From a virus, in IMG/VR virus record IMGVR_UViG_3300020056_000007: 64,000 nt of DNA. One strand, given 5' to 3'. The notes below the pieces were generated by a model, which did not search any database, had not been told where the DNA came from, and saw nothing but the letters and a program-made list of their open reading frames with translations. The translations under genes and the position numbers were made by a program. This document shows positions 20,454-30,400 of this stretch, piece after piece; the first letter of the stretch is position 1; each line of letters opens with the position of its first letter.

Positions 20454-21117
20454 CGTGTAAACTCAAGCTATGTTCTTTAGATGGTCTATATGGATCATGT
20501 TCACCCAGCCATCTTGATGAATTAACTAACATAAATTGTACTCCCGCTTCTTTTGCCATACTATGTGCTTCTTCAATTGTATGTTCATTATAGTTAAATA
20601 CAATATATTGCCAAACAGGCAATTGTTCTAAATGATTTTTTGCTTCTTTACAAATTTCAAAAAGTTTTTCACCGTCTTGGTTTATTCTATACTTGTGAGA
20701 ATCTTTTGGTAAACCATCTATTCCAAACCACCAACGAGCTCTAGGGTTTGCTTGAAATGCTTTAATATACCATTCCATTTTCTTATAACCAGTTGCGTGA
20801 TGTACAGATGTAGATTTTGGTGTTTCAGTATTATAAAAAGAATGAATATGACTTAAAAAGTCTATAAATTTTGGATGATGAACTGGATCTGAAACTTGTC
20901 CGCAAAAGTTTATATGAGTAAAGTGATCAACTATTTTTTTAAATTCATCAAAAGGTAAATCTTTTCCAGGAACTTTAAGTCCTTTATGAACAAAGGCAGA
21001 TTGTCTTTGACACCTTGGACATTCTAAAGGGCACCTATGAGTAATATCAACATTAATATGCCTTCTTTTAAGCATACGTAATCCATTGTTTATAATATCG
21101 TTTGAATTGTTGAACAT
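20446..21117 (-). CDS. Radical SAM enzyme (core domain only)
   Basis: CPLECPRC, FCGQVSDP, FGIDG...YRIN and WQYIVFNYNEH. Confidence 0.85.
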   Translation of the reverse strand: MFNNSNDIINNGLRMLKRRHINVDITHRCPLECPRCQRQSAFVHKGLKVPGKDLPFDEFKKIVDHFTHINFCGQVSDPVHHPKFIDFLSHIHSFYNTETPKSTSVHHATGYKKMEWYIKAFQANPRARWWFGIDGLPKDSHKYRINQDGEKLFEICKEAKNHLEQLPVWQYIVFNYNEHTIEEAHSMAKEAGVQFMLVNSSRWLGEHDPYRPSKEHSLSLHDG

Positions 21118-22175
21118 ATATTTTTCACTTCACTTTCTGTTAACCATGGATTTATTGGCAATGATAAAACTGTATTAGATGCTATTTCAGCATTTTTTCC
21201 TTTACTTTTTCTATATTTTATGTTATTATATAAAGAATTTTTAGATAGAGGTTTATCGTAGTGAATTTGTAATCTAATATCAAATTCACGTAATGCTTGT
21301 ATTACCCAATCTCTTGTTTCTTGATCTTCGAACCTTATAACATATTTGTGATAATTATGATCTAAATTTGGATCATAAGCCTTGTCCATAATAATTGGTA
21401 AACTATTTAATTCATTATTATATATTTTAGCAATTTCTTGTCTTTTATCTTGCCACGATCTCCAATGTGATAATCTAAAAGATATAATTTCAGTATTAAG
21501 TCTATATGGTTTAGAATTATATCCAACAAATTCGAAATCAGAAATTTTTCCATGACGGCGAAGACCTTTAACATATTCAGCTTTACTTTCTTCATCAGTC
21601 ATAAAAATGCCGCCGCCATTAATTCCAGCAATAACTTTATTAGAATTAAAACTATAAGAGCTACAATTTCCTATAGTTCCAGCTTTTCTACCATTTAAAC
21701 TAGATCCTAATGATTGAGCAGAATCTTCAATAAAAACAATATTCTTTTCTTTACAGAATTTTTCTATTTCTGCAGTATCAGTCATATTGCCAAATAGATG
21801 AGTATAGATTAAAGCTTTAACTTTAGGGCTATACATTTTTTGAATTTCTTTTAATGTTATATGATATGAATTCAAATCAATATCACAAAACACAGGAGTT
21901 GCGCCAACCATGGAAATGCAAGAAGATGAAGAAATCCACGAAAAATTACTTACTAAAACTTCATCACCTGGTCCAACATTGTGTGCTAATAACGAAAATT
22001 TTAATGCATCAGTAGCAGATGCAACTGCAACACAATATTTTCTACCATTAAAACTTGATATATCATTTTCTAATTTTTCTATACCAGTTTCATAATTTTC
22101 ATTCATATTGTCATTAAATATTTTCATATAATGACTAAAATTTGTTACAAATTCTTTATGCCAATTGTCGTACAT
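21090..22175 (-). CDS. DegT/DnrJ/EryC1/StrS family PLP-dependent sugar aminotransferase
   Basis: SATDAL, GPGDEV, GATPVFCDI, HLFGN, IEDSAQSLG, SFNSNK (catalytic Lys) and LSLPINP. Confidence 0.93.
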   Translation of the reverse strand: MYDNWHKEFVTNFSHYMKIFNDNMNENYETGIEKLENDISSFNGRKYCVAVASATDALKFSLLAHNVGPGDEVLVSNFSWISSSSCISMVGATPVFCDIDLNSYHITLKEIQKMYSPKVKALIYTHLFGNMTDTAEIEKFCKEKNIVFIEDSAQSLGSSLNGRKAGTIGNCSSYSFNSNKVIAGINGGGIFMTDEESKAEYVKGLRRHGKISDFEFVGYNSKPYRLNTEIISFRLSHWRSWQDKRQEIAKIYNNELNSLPIIMDKAYDPNLDHNYHKYVIRFEDQETRDWVIQALREFDIRLQIHYDKPLSKNSLYNNIKYRKSKGKNAEIASNTVLSLPINPWLTESEVKNICSTIQTIL

Positions 22176-23019
22176 TATCGTATGCTTTCAAAATAGGATT
22201 AAGGTTTTGTTTTTGAAAATCTCTATTCCAATAAACGTATCCTCCATCGTGTAAAGTTTTATCTCTTTCATATATCATATTTATGTTGTAATATCTACAT
22301 TCCTGTATAATTCTTGGAGCAGGATCAAATTGTTCTTTACAATAAACATATGTATTAAATGTTCCTAATAAATTTTTTACTGGAGCCCATAAATTATTTA
22401 AGCTTTTATCAACATAAAAATCATCATATGCTACTATTCCATAATTATCGTAATTATTAATAAGTTTTTGAGCAGTTATATAATAATCTTTATTTGTTCC
22501 AAGGAAAAGATTATCTACTAATATATTTTCAACTGGATCTTGATAAATTTCGAAATTAATTATTTTTTCAAATTGTTCTCCAACTCCTTTTAAATATACT
22601 TCGTGATCACATAAATCATATGTTGATTTAACGTTAAAATATTTTAATGCTTCAGTGTATCCATTTACATTTTGTTCTGAATACACTGATATTATTATAT
22701 CAAATAATAAGTGCAATGTAAACCGTTGATTTTCATTATATTCATTTATATTTTCGTATGGAATAGAAAGCATATTTCTACCCAATATAAGAGTCACATC
22801 TCCTGCATTAGGAATATAATCATTAATATGAATATATTTAACGTAAATATATTTCTCTTTGAGAGAATTAATATAATCCTCTTCTTTAAAATTTCCTCTA
22901 GTAATAATAATTAAATTTGTTTCTATACCGGCTTCATTTAAAGCACAGCAATATTCATAACTATAATATAGTAATCCATCACATGGTTTACTAGTACATA
23001 CAATATTTAAACAACCCAC
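22156..23019 (-). CDS. Hypothetical protein (possibly a degenerate glycosyltransferase fold)
   Basis: In-operon 287-aa ORF overlapping both neighbours; FDPAPRIIQEC loosely recalls a GT-B C-terminal motif. Confidence 0.5.
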   Translation of the reverse strand: MGCLNIVCTSKPCDGLLYYSYEYCCALNEAGIETNLIIITRGNFKEEDYINSLKEKYIYVKYIHINDYIPNAGDVTLILGRNMLSIPYENINEYNENQRFTLHLLFDIIISVYSEQNVNGYTEALKYFNVKSTYDLCDHEVYLKGVGEQFEKIINFEIYQDPVENILVDNLFLGTNKDYYITAQKLINNYDNYGIVAYDDFYVDKSLNNLWAPVKNLLGTFNTYVYCKEQFDPAPRIIQECRYYNINMIYERDKTLHDGGYVYWNRDFQKQNLNPILKAYDNVRQLA

Positions 23020-23624
23020 TTAATAATCTCATCAACATCAGGTTTTTCATGCGCTTCAAGAATTGGAGGAGCAGCTTTATATCCTAATTGCATACTAAAT
23101 AATACGGGCTGTTTTTGTAAAAATTTAAATTCTTCGTCCCATCTTTTATCTTGTAATTGGTCTGGAAAGCATAATAAGTAAGAAACATTAATATCTTTTT
23201 CTATGCATAAACCAGTAAGTAGTTTACAAAACATTCCAATTTCTATAGCTGTTTCCATTTTTTGTTGAGGTCCAGCAAAATTATTTGGATCGCATGTTTT
23301 ATATAATTCCGCGTTTTTTCTCATAGCCTTTGCAATAGATGCGGGTGGGTATACTAATCTTGGAGTAAACATTAACACATATGGGGCTTTTGCATTTGTA
23401 TTATTAAATGAATTTGTATGTGTAGTCATATCATAAAAAGTTTCTTTAAGCTGTTTTTGTTTTGGACCTAAAACATAAACACTATATGGCATTAGCCTTT
23501 GTTTTGAAGCAACCAACTTATATGCTGTTTCAAGTAAAATTTGCACATCAGTTTCAGATGGATATATATCTTGTTGATATATTCTTATCTGTTGTCTTTT
23601 TGAATATACTTTTTCTATTGTCAT
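23007..23624 (-). CDS. Nitroreductase-family flavoprotein
   Basis: KRQQIRIY, ASKQRLMPY, APYVLMF, IEIGMF...L.GLCIEKDINVSY and LGY. Confidence 0.75.
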   Translation of the reverse strand: MTIEKVYSKRQQIRIYQQDIYPSETDVQILLETAYKLVASKQRLMPYSVYVLGPKQKQLKETFYDMTTHTNSFNNTNAKAPYVLMFTPRLVYPPASIAKAMRKNAELYKTCDPNNFAGPQQKMETAIEIGMFCKLLTGLCIEKDINVSYLLCFPDQLQDKRWDEEFKFLQKQPVLFSMQLGYKAAPPILEAHEKPDVDEIIKWVV

Positions 23625-24355
23625 TTAAACGCCCATTCTTTTTCTTTACACCAAAAACATTTTCCACATGGTTTTGAAAAATAATTTGTTTCTTCTTCTG
23701 AACCTACACACGAACTTGTTAAAGGATATAATGTATCCATAAGTTCATGTTCTTTATAAACATTCGCTACAAACTTCTTATCGATATTTATATAAGGTTG
23801 ATATATTGTTTTAAACCATGGCATTTGATTTCTAGTATCTCTACGCCTTTCAGCTAATTCATAAAAATTATTTTTTCTTTGTTCTTCTATTGGAGGATTA
23901 CAAGTCATTCCTGTAATCATTAAGGCATTATTCCATTTTTTTCTAAGTTCGTTTTCAAAATGCCTTTTCATTAATATTTTTGTGAGTCCAGATATAGAAC
24001 TAGCTCTTTCAACTTTTTTTCCATCAATAATAACTTTTTCTTCTTCCCATTTTTCTTTAGCAAGATTTCTCCATTCTTTATCATTAATGTCAAATTCAAA
24101 AACTTCATGCTCTAATATTTTTTGCTTTGGAAATTTTTCTTTCATAAATTGAATAATATCTTTAGCACATAAGTAATCAAATGGGGCCGTTTTGTCCCAA
24201 CCGGTATACGGAATAATTTCAATTTCCGGAAAATTATTACAGATTAAATAAAACAATGATGCCGAATCTAAACCTCCCGATAAAGCAAGTAATACTTGAC
24301 TTGGAATTTTTTTATCAAATAAGTCTATTTCTTGGTTTCCATAAGATAATTTCAT
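23621..24355 (-). CDS. PP-loop ATP pyrophosphatase, QueC-like
   Basis: LSGGLDSA PP-loop, PYINIDKKFVA, and TSSC...CGKCFWC Zn site. Confidence 0.8.
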   Translation of the reverse strand: MKLSYGNQEIDLFDKKIPSQVLLALSGGLDSASLFYLICNNFPEIEIIPYTGWDKTAPFDYLCAKDIIQFMKEKFPKQKILEHEVFEFDINDKEWRNLAKEKWEEEKVIIDGKKVERASSISGLTKILMKRHFENELRKKWNNALMITGMTCNPPIEEQRKNNFYELAERRRDTRNQMPWFKTIYQPYINIDKKFVANVYKEHELMDTLYPLTSSCVGSEEETNYFSKPCGKCFWCKEKEWAFK

Positions 24356-25563
24356 GCTAGCTCCGGATATATTTCAAATAAGTTTGTTTTATATAGTTCG
24401 TCAGTTTTACGAATGTATTGAATAGCTTTATTATATTCATCTTCGTTTCTATCTAATAATAAACTATTATAAACTATTTCGTTATTAATGTACATAGGCA
24501 TCAATTTATTTTTTATTTTATCAGGTAAATTTTTTGGATGAAGTTCTTTTGGATCATCTACTACATATAATCTTTGGTCCAAATTGTTTTCATTACACCA
24601 TTTTTCTAATTCTTTAAATCTTAAAATACTTAAAAGTGATACAGTTGAAAATACTTGCATATGTACATTTTCATATTCTTTTAACAAATTATAATTGTAC
24701 ATAATATCTTTCCAAAAAGATCTCCTTCTAATATAATCGTTATATTTTCCAAACCCATCTAAAGAAATATTGATTTGTAGAAACTCAAAATGTTTTATAT
24801 AATCTAAAATGCTTTTATTTCCTGATCCTAATATTGTAAGATTAGAATTCATTTCTAATATTATATCTTCTCCACCCCAATCTGATTCTATTACTTTATC
24901 TAAATATTCAAATTGTTTTTTAAGAAGAAATGGCTCTCCTCCTTGTAATACAATTATTCTTGTGTATGGAATAATCTTTTCTATATTATCCAAAAATCTA
25001 TTTTGATTTTCTCCTCCTTTAAAAGGTTGCGGTTTTTCAAATGATACTAATTCATAATAATTATTTTCTCTTGAAGTTTTTTCTCGTACAGATGAATTAA
25101 ATGGATGACACATGTAACAATCTAAATTACAAGTAGTTCCAAATTGTCTAAATTGGAGTATTAAACCATTTTGTCGTAAAGATGGTTTACCATTTCTATA
25201 AAAATCATTGGTGATTTTAATAACTTCATCAATATCATTTATTTTGTTAGATAATTGTATTCTTTCAGAGTTGCCGTGGGTTTTTTCTTGTTCAATACAT
25301 CTTTGACATTGATGCTCTAATATTTTTTTATCTTTATCATCACCCAAACCAAGCGCAGCTCTCCGACAACTTTGATATACATTTCCAAAATACCAATCAA
25401 GGGGATCCGTGTTTGATACTGTTTCTTTATTTGATCCTCCAACACAGCAAACGGTATATTCTCCAGTTGTGTTTGTGTAAATATGATCAAATAATCTTGG
25501 ACACCACCATGTTTGTTTTCTTAGATAATCTAAACTGCGTTCATTTTTAAGATCATTATTCAT
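24352..25563 (-). CDS. Radical SAM enzyme with N-terminal twitch/SPASM-like domain
   Basis: WCP...VCC...CQRC N-terminal domain; CNLDCYMC; GGEPFL; SLDG. Confidence 0.9.
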   Translation of the reverse strand: MNNDLKNERSLDYLRKQTWWCPRLFDHIYTNTTGEYTVCCVGGSNKETVSNTDPLDWYFGNVYQSCRRAALGLGDDKDKKILEHQCQRCIEQEKTHGNSERIQLSNKINDIDEVIKITNDFYRNGKPSLRQNGLILQFRQFGTTCNLDCYMCHPFNSSVREKTSRENNYYELVSFEKPQPFKGGENQNRFLDNIEKIIPYTRIIVLQGGEPFLLKKQFEYLDKVIESDWGGEDIILEMNSNLTILGSGNKSILDYIKHFEFLQINISLDGFGKYNDYIRRRSFWKDIMYNYNLLKEYENVHMQVFSTVSLLSILRFKELEKWCNENNLDQRLYVVDDPKELHPKNLPDKIKNKLMPMYINNEIVYNSLLLDRNEDEYNKAIQYIRKTDELYKTNLFEIYPELA

Positions 25564-26954
25564 TCATAATATTCTTTCAATTCTGGAAATACATCGAATA
25601 AATGCATTTCCCATTTGGTTCCAATATATGCTTTATCTTGTTTTAGCAAATAATTAAATGTATCTTGAATACTTATATCTGGTTCTGGGTCTTTAGATAG
25701 TGCTGCTTGAATATCTGGCCAATCTTTATATTTTGGTAATAAATTTTCTTTTATTTTATCTGGTAAATTATTAACACGTAAATGTTTTGGTCTTTCAATC
25801 ATTGCCCAGTTTATTTGATGAATCTTATCATTTCCCTTACAATAATCAATAACTTCATAAAAACGAAGTACACTTAAAAAAGAAACTAAACCGTTAAAAT
25901 CAACATCAATATTAGGATACTTATTACACATATCGATATTATTTTCTAACTCATTCCAATTAGTTCTTCTTCTCATATATTCTATAGATTTTCCGATTCC
26001 ATCAACTGAACCTACCATAGCAATATTTTTAAAATGAGGGACATAATTAAAAAAATTATGTTTACCAGCAACCATTGTAGTAAAATTAGTTTGATATTTT
26101 ATTCTAATATCTTTAGAATCTCCAGTCTCAACTAAAGCATCTAATAACTCATATTGTTTTTTCATAATTAATGGTTCACCACCAATAATTTTTATGCTTC
26201 TTATATAAGGTGCTAATTCTACAACCTGTTCAACTATTCCCTTTGTTCTATCTTTACTTACATTTTCGTATATAGCTTTTTTTCTATCGAGAGATCCCCA
26301 AATTTTTTCATCCCATACACCCTTTTTAGCCATATCCATGCGCATTGATGAATTAGCATGAATACACATATGGCAATCTAAATTACATTCTGATCCAAAA
26401 ACTTTTAGTTGAATTTCAAATACTCTATCTTCAAAATCAAATATTCCACTTGCTTTAAACATATCTGCAGATTTTTCTATTCCATCCCAATGTTCCCAGT
26501 CATTAGTATGCATTTTCATACAGTTTGTTCTACGTGATCTTCCATATCTTTTTTCATCATCAACACACCTTTTACATATTTTATTTACTGCTTCAAAATT
26601 AGAGTTTGGATCAAGCATTTCTTCACGAATACTATTCATGTATTCGCTTTCTTCCATCCATTCTCTTAATGAAACATCTTCAACTTTTACACCAGAATCC
26701 GCACCAAAGCAACATGCTTTATAGTTGCCATTAATTTCTGAATATACTTGAGTAAAGGGAATAGAACAAAACCATATTTTTTTGTTCTTAGTCAGATTTA
26801 ATATAGAATTTGGATCTTTTTCTTTATTTTTACCAGTTGGGGAAAGTTTGGCAAACCAAGCTGAAGTATCATATTCTCCGGGTTTTGTTTTATCGCCTGG
26901 ACCACCACGCAATAAATTATTCTTCAAAACTTCTTTTTTCACATATATCTCCAT
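25560..26954 (-). CDS. Radical SAM enzyme with N-terminal twitch/SPASM-like domain
   Basis: FCSIPF...ACC...CKRC; CNLDCHMC; GGEPLI; SVDG. Confidence 0.9.
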   Translation of the reverse strand: MEIYVKKEVLKNNLLRGGPGDKTKPGEYDTSAWFAKLSPTGKNKEKDPNSILNLTKNKKIWFCSIPFTQVYSEINGNYKACCFGADSGVKVEDVSLREWMEESEYMNSIREEMLDPNSNFEAVNKICKRCVDDEKRYGRSRRTNCMKMHTNDWEHWDGIEKSADMFKASGIFDFEDRVFEIQLKVFGSECNLDCHMCIHANSSMRMDMAKKGVWDEKIWGSLDRKKAIYENVSKDRTKGIVEQVVELAPYIRSIKIIGGEPLIMKKQYELLDALVETGDSKDIRIKYQTNFTTMVAGKHNFFNYVPHFKNIAMVGSVDGIGKSIEYMRRRTNWNELENNIDMCNKYPNIDVDFNGLVSFLSVLRFYEVIDYCKGNDKIHQINWAMIERPKHLRVNNLPDKIKENLLPKYKDWPDIQAALSKDPEPDISIQDTFNYLLKQDKAYIGTKWEMHLFDVFPELKEYYE

Positions 26955-26969
26955 AGTAATTACTTTTTT

Positions 26970-26977
26970 TATTTATA
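26970..26977 (-). promoter_or_regulatory. T4-type late promoter driving the minus-strand enzyme operon
   Basis: TATTTATA on the + strand is TATAAATA on the - strand, 15 nt upstream of the ATG at 26954. Confidence 0.75.
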
Positions 26978-26998
26978 TCATTTACAAAGCGATTTTTT

Positions 26999-27006
26999 TA
27001 TAAATA
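26999..27006 (+). promoter_or_regulatory. T4-type late promoter TATAAATA (divergent partner)
   Basis: Exact consensus upstream of 27058. Confidence 0.85.
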
Positions 27007-27057
27007 AAGGTAAAGCGGCAGGGTAGTAATACCGACAAAGAAACAAACGAGGATTTC

Positions 27058-27432
27058 ATGGCCCAATACGAAGAATTTACGATCGACCAAGGCACAGATG
27101 TGGCCATTGAAATTCATTTAGTTGATGAACAAGGTAATGCTAAAGATCTTACCAACCACACAGTTAAAGCCCAATTAAGAAAAAATTATTCATCAGCAAC
27201 CGCAACTGATTTTAATTCTATTATTGCAACTCCACCTACTGATGGTATTGCAACCCTTTCATTAACAAATACAGAAACACAAGCTTTAGATAAAGGTAGA
27301 TACGTTTATGACGTTGAACTTTCTTTCTTAGATAGTGATAATCAACCAGTAATTGAAAGAATCCTTGAAGGTAGAGTTCAAGTTACTCCTGGTGTAACAA
27401 CGCTTGATCATAGTGGCGGAGGAGTTAACTAA
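27058..27432 (+). CDS. Small virion structural protein (fibre attachment/adaptor-like)
   Basis: IDQG.D...DLT...AQLRK.Y...LSLT...T..L..GRYVYDVE...RILEG.V.VTPGVT, a family common in T4-like marine phages; GAGG SD. Confidence 0.75.
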   Translation: MAQYEEFTIDQGTDVAIEIHLVDEQGNAKDLTNHTVKAQLRKNYSSATATDFNSIIATPPTDGIATLSLTNTETQALDKGRYVYDVELSFLDSDNQPVIERILEGRVQVTPGVTTLDHSGGGVN

Positions 27433-30400
27433 TGGCAACTTTTGTAAAAAAGGTATTAGTTGGAACACCAGTAAGAAGAGTTACAGCTGGTTCATTTGAT
27501 ATTAGTAACATCGGTGGTGTTAATATTTCAGGCGATGCTGGAACTGGTTATAACGTTGGTGAAGGTGTACATAATGATATTTTGGTTTATGACTCATCAG
27601 CATCTGAATATCGTAATCTTAATACGTTAAGACAATTAAAAATAGATCATTTTACAATTGATAGTAATAAAATTAGTGTTGATTTTAATGATCCAACTAT
27701 TTTAGATGAAATGTACATCTCTGCTCCAGATGGTGTATTTATTGACGGAAGATTAGAAGTTGATCGTATTAATCAAAGACAACTTGCTGTTTTTGATGAT
27801 AGTTCACTTACAACTAAATTTTATGTAGATCAAGAAATTGATAAGGTAAAAGAAGTTACCTTTACAATGGATGATGGATTTACTGACTCTGTTCAAATAT
27901 ATGATGGTGAAACTATCACTATGGCCGGTGGACGAGGACTATCTACTCGTGGTGTAAAAGTTGGCAATGTTCTTACTATTACAACTGACCTTGATTCTAC
28001 AGGCGCAGATTCTGGAACATTTGGTTCTTCTATTCGTATTCCAATTCTTACAACCAATTCTCGTGGTCAAATTACAACAATTTCAGATGTAGCGGTTGCT
28101 TCACTTGATTCGATTAATTATGATTCTTCAAATGGGTCTGGTGTACTTAGTATTAATACATCAGATGGTGGACTATATCAAACAACCATTAATTTAAATC
28201 CATTTACAACAACTGATCTTGAAGAAGGTACAGAAATACCTCCTACTGCATCTTTCACATATTCAGTTACTGCATCTGGCAATTTTTTCTATAGTGTAAC
28301 TGGCACTGATAGAAATGGATCTATAAGTGGCGGTGATCCAGCTCTTACAGTTAGAGTTGGTGATACACTAACATTTAATAACTCCGTTTGGGAAGATCAT
28401 CCATTATTAATTAAAACAGTTGCTGGAACAGGAATTAATGATTTAGCTTCTGGAGTAACAGGTCAAGGTACGGCAACCGTAACTTGGACGCCTGATACAG
28501 CTGGAACATATTACTATCAATGCCGTGTCCATGAAGATATGGTTGGAGTCATTACAGTATTAGCCCGACAAGAAGCAGCGCAATACTATTCAAGAGCGAG
28601 ATTTGATTCTGCATTAGGCGATGGCACTTCTATTGCAACAATTCGTGGTTATGTAAGTGGATCTGGTGACCTTCAATACGATTCTGCAACAGGTGTATTC
28701 TCAGTTGACGTTCAACAAGTTTATGGTAGAGATGATTTTGACTCTGACCTAGACGATGCTATGAATAGCAATTCGAATTTGCATTGGTATCCAGATAGCA
28801 ACTTCTTTGATCTTACACCAATTAATGATTCAACAGCTGGCACATATGGTTCACCAACACAAATGCCAGTATTTACTGTTGATAGCTATGGTCGTATTGA
28901 TAGCATCGGTGAAGTTTTAGTTGCTTCAGTAGATAGTACACGTTGGATCTCAAGTACAAATACTTATAGAATTAGTACTGGTGACGGTCAAGTATTTAAT
29001 ACTATTATCGATAGCTTTAATAGTAACGTTTTAATACAAGACGATATATCATTAAACTTTGGTGCAGGTAATGATCTTGTAATTAAACATAATACAACTG
29101 CTAACTTAGATGAAATTACTGCTACAATTCCATTAGTAATTAGTTCAAGTGACTCAATTTCTATTGATGCCACAAGCGGCAATATTCATATTGGCGGAGA
29201 TCTTTTACCATCAGTTGATTCTACATATGATCTTGGTTCACCAACTAAAAAATGGAAAGATCTATATTTATCTGGTCAAACAATTAATCTTGGAACAGTA
29301 AAATTAGAAGATAGCCAGGGATCACTTTCTATTAAAACTGCAAGTGGTTTAGCTGGAGATTTAAGTCTTAAATATTTAAGAGCTGACTCTGCATATATTA
29401 GTCAGTTAAATGTTGATAGCATTAGTATTTCTCAGTTGAATCTATCTAATGCTGATATGGATAGCCTATACGTTGATAATTTTAATGCTGTTATCGGCGA
29501 TATCGATAATGCTACATTAGGTCAAGTTACTATCGACAGCGCTTATATTACACAGCTAAACGTAAGTCAACTAGATGTTGATAGCATTAATATTGTTGAT
29601 GGTAAAGCTTATTTTGATAGTGCTTATATTACACAGTTAAATGTAGCAACAGCAGACATTGATACTTTTACATCAGCTAATGCTATTTTAGATAGTGCTT
29701 ATATTGGTCAGCTTAATGTAAGTCAAGCAGATGCGGATAGTTTACATGTTGATCAATTAAATGTTGGCACAGCAGATATTGATAATGCTATATTGGGTCA
29801 AGTTACTATTGATTCAGCACATGCTACGCAATTAGACGTTTCGAATGCTCATATTGATGCTGCTACCGTTGATTCTGCAAGAATTGAAAACTTAAGCGTA
29901 GACATTTTAAATGCCGATTCAGTATCGGCAGACTTTATAAGATTTGATCGAGTTCTTTGGGATGATAATACTAAACCTACAACTGATGAAGGTACAGTAT
30001 ACTATAATTCTGGACCTGATGCTCTTGTTTATAAACCTGCCACTGCTTCTCCAATTAAAATTGGTCAAGACGCAGTAACACGAGTTTATAACAACACTGG
30101 CGCTATGATTCCTCGTGGTTCTCCAGTTTATGTTACTGGTGCGACTAACGACTTCCCAACAATTGCGAAAGCACAAGCAAACGATATCACTACTATTGAT
30201 GCTACTATTGGTGTTCTAAAAGACAGTATTAATACAAATTCTTTTGGTCTCGTACTAAATAGAGGTTTACTTGGAAGATTAGACACTTCGTCATATAGTG
30301 TTGGTGATTTACTATTTGTATCTGCAGATAGCGCTGGTAAGTTTACTACAACTGCTCCAACATATCCAAACTTTGCATATGAAGTTGGTAGAGTTCTAGT

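Noticed and set aside
23621-24355. 7-deazaguanine DNA modification pathway suggested by the QueC-like gene
   Set aside because: No FolE, QueD, clear QueE or DpdA in the window, and the context is sugar-tailoring enzymes under a late promoter. It cannot be fully excluded without the rest of the genome.
28233-28580. Cupredoxin-like domains as a plastocyanin (petE) auxiliary metabolic gene implying a cyanobacterial host
   Set aside because: They are embedded in fibre proteins, lack signal peptides and have CxxHxxM spacing rather than the plastocyanin loop; they do not identify the host.
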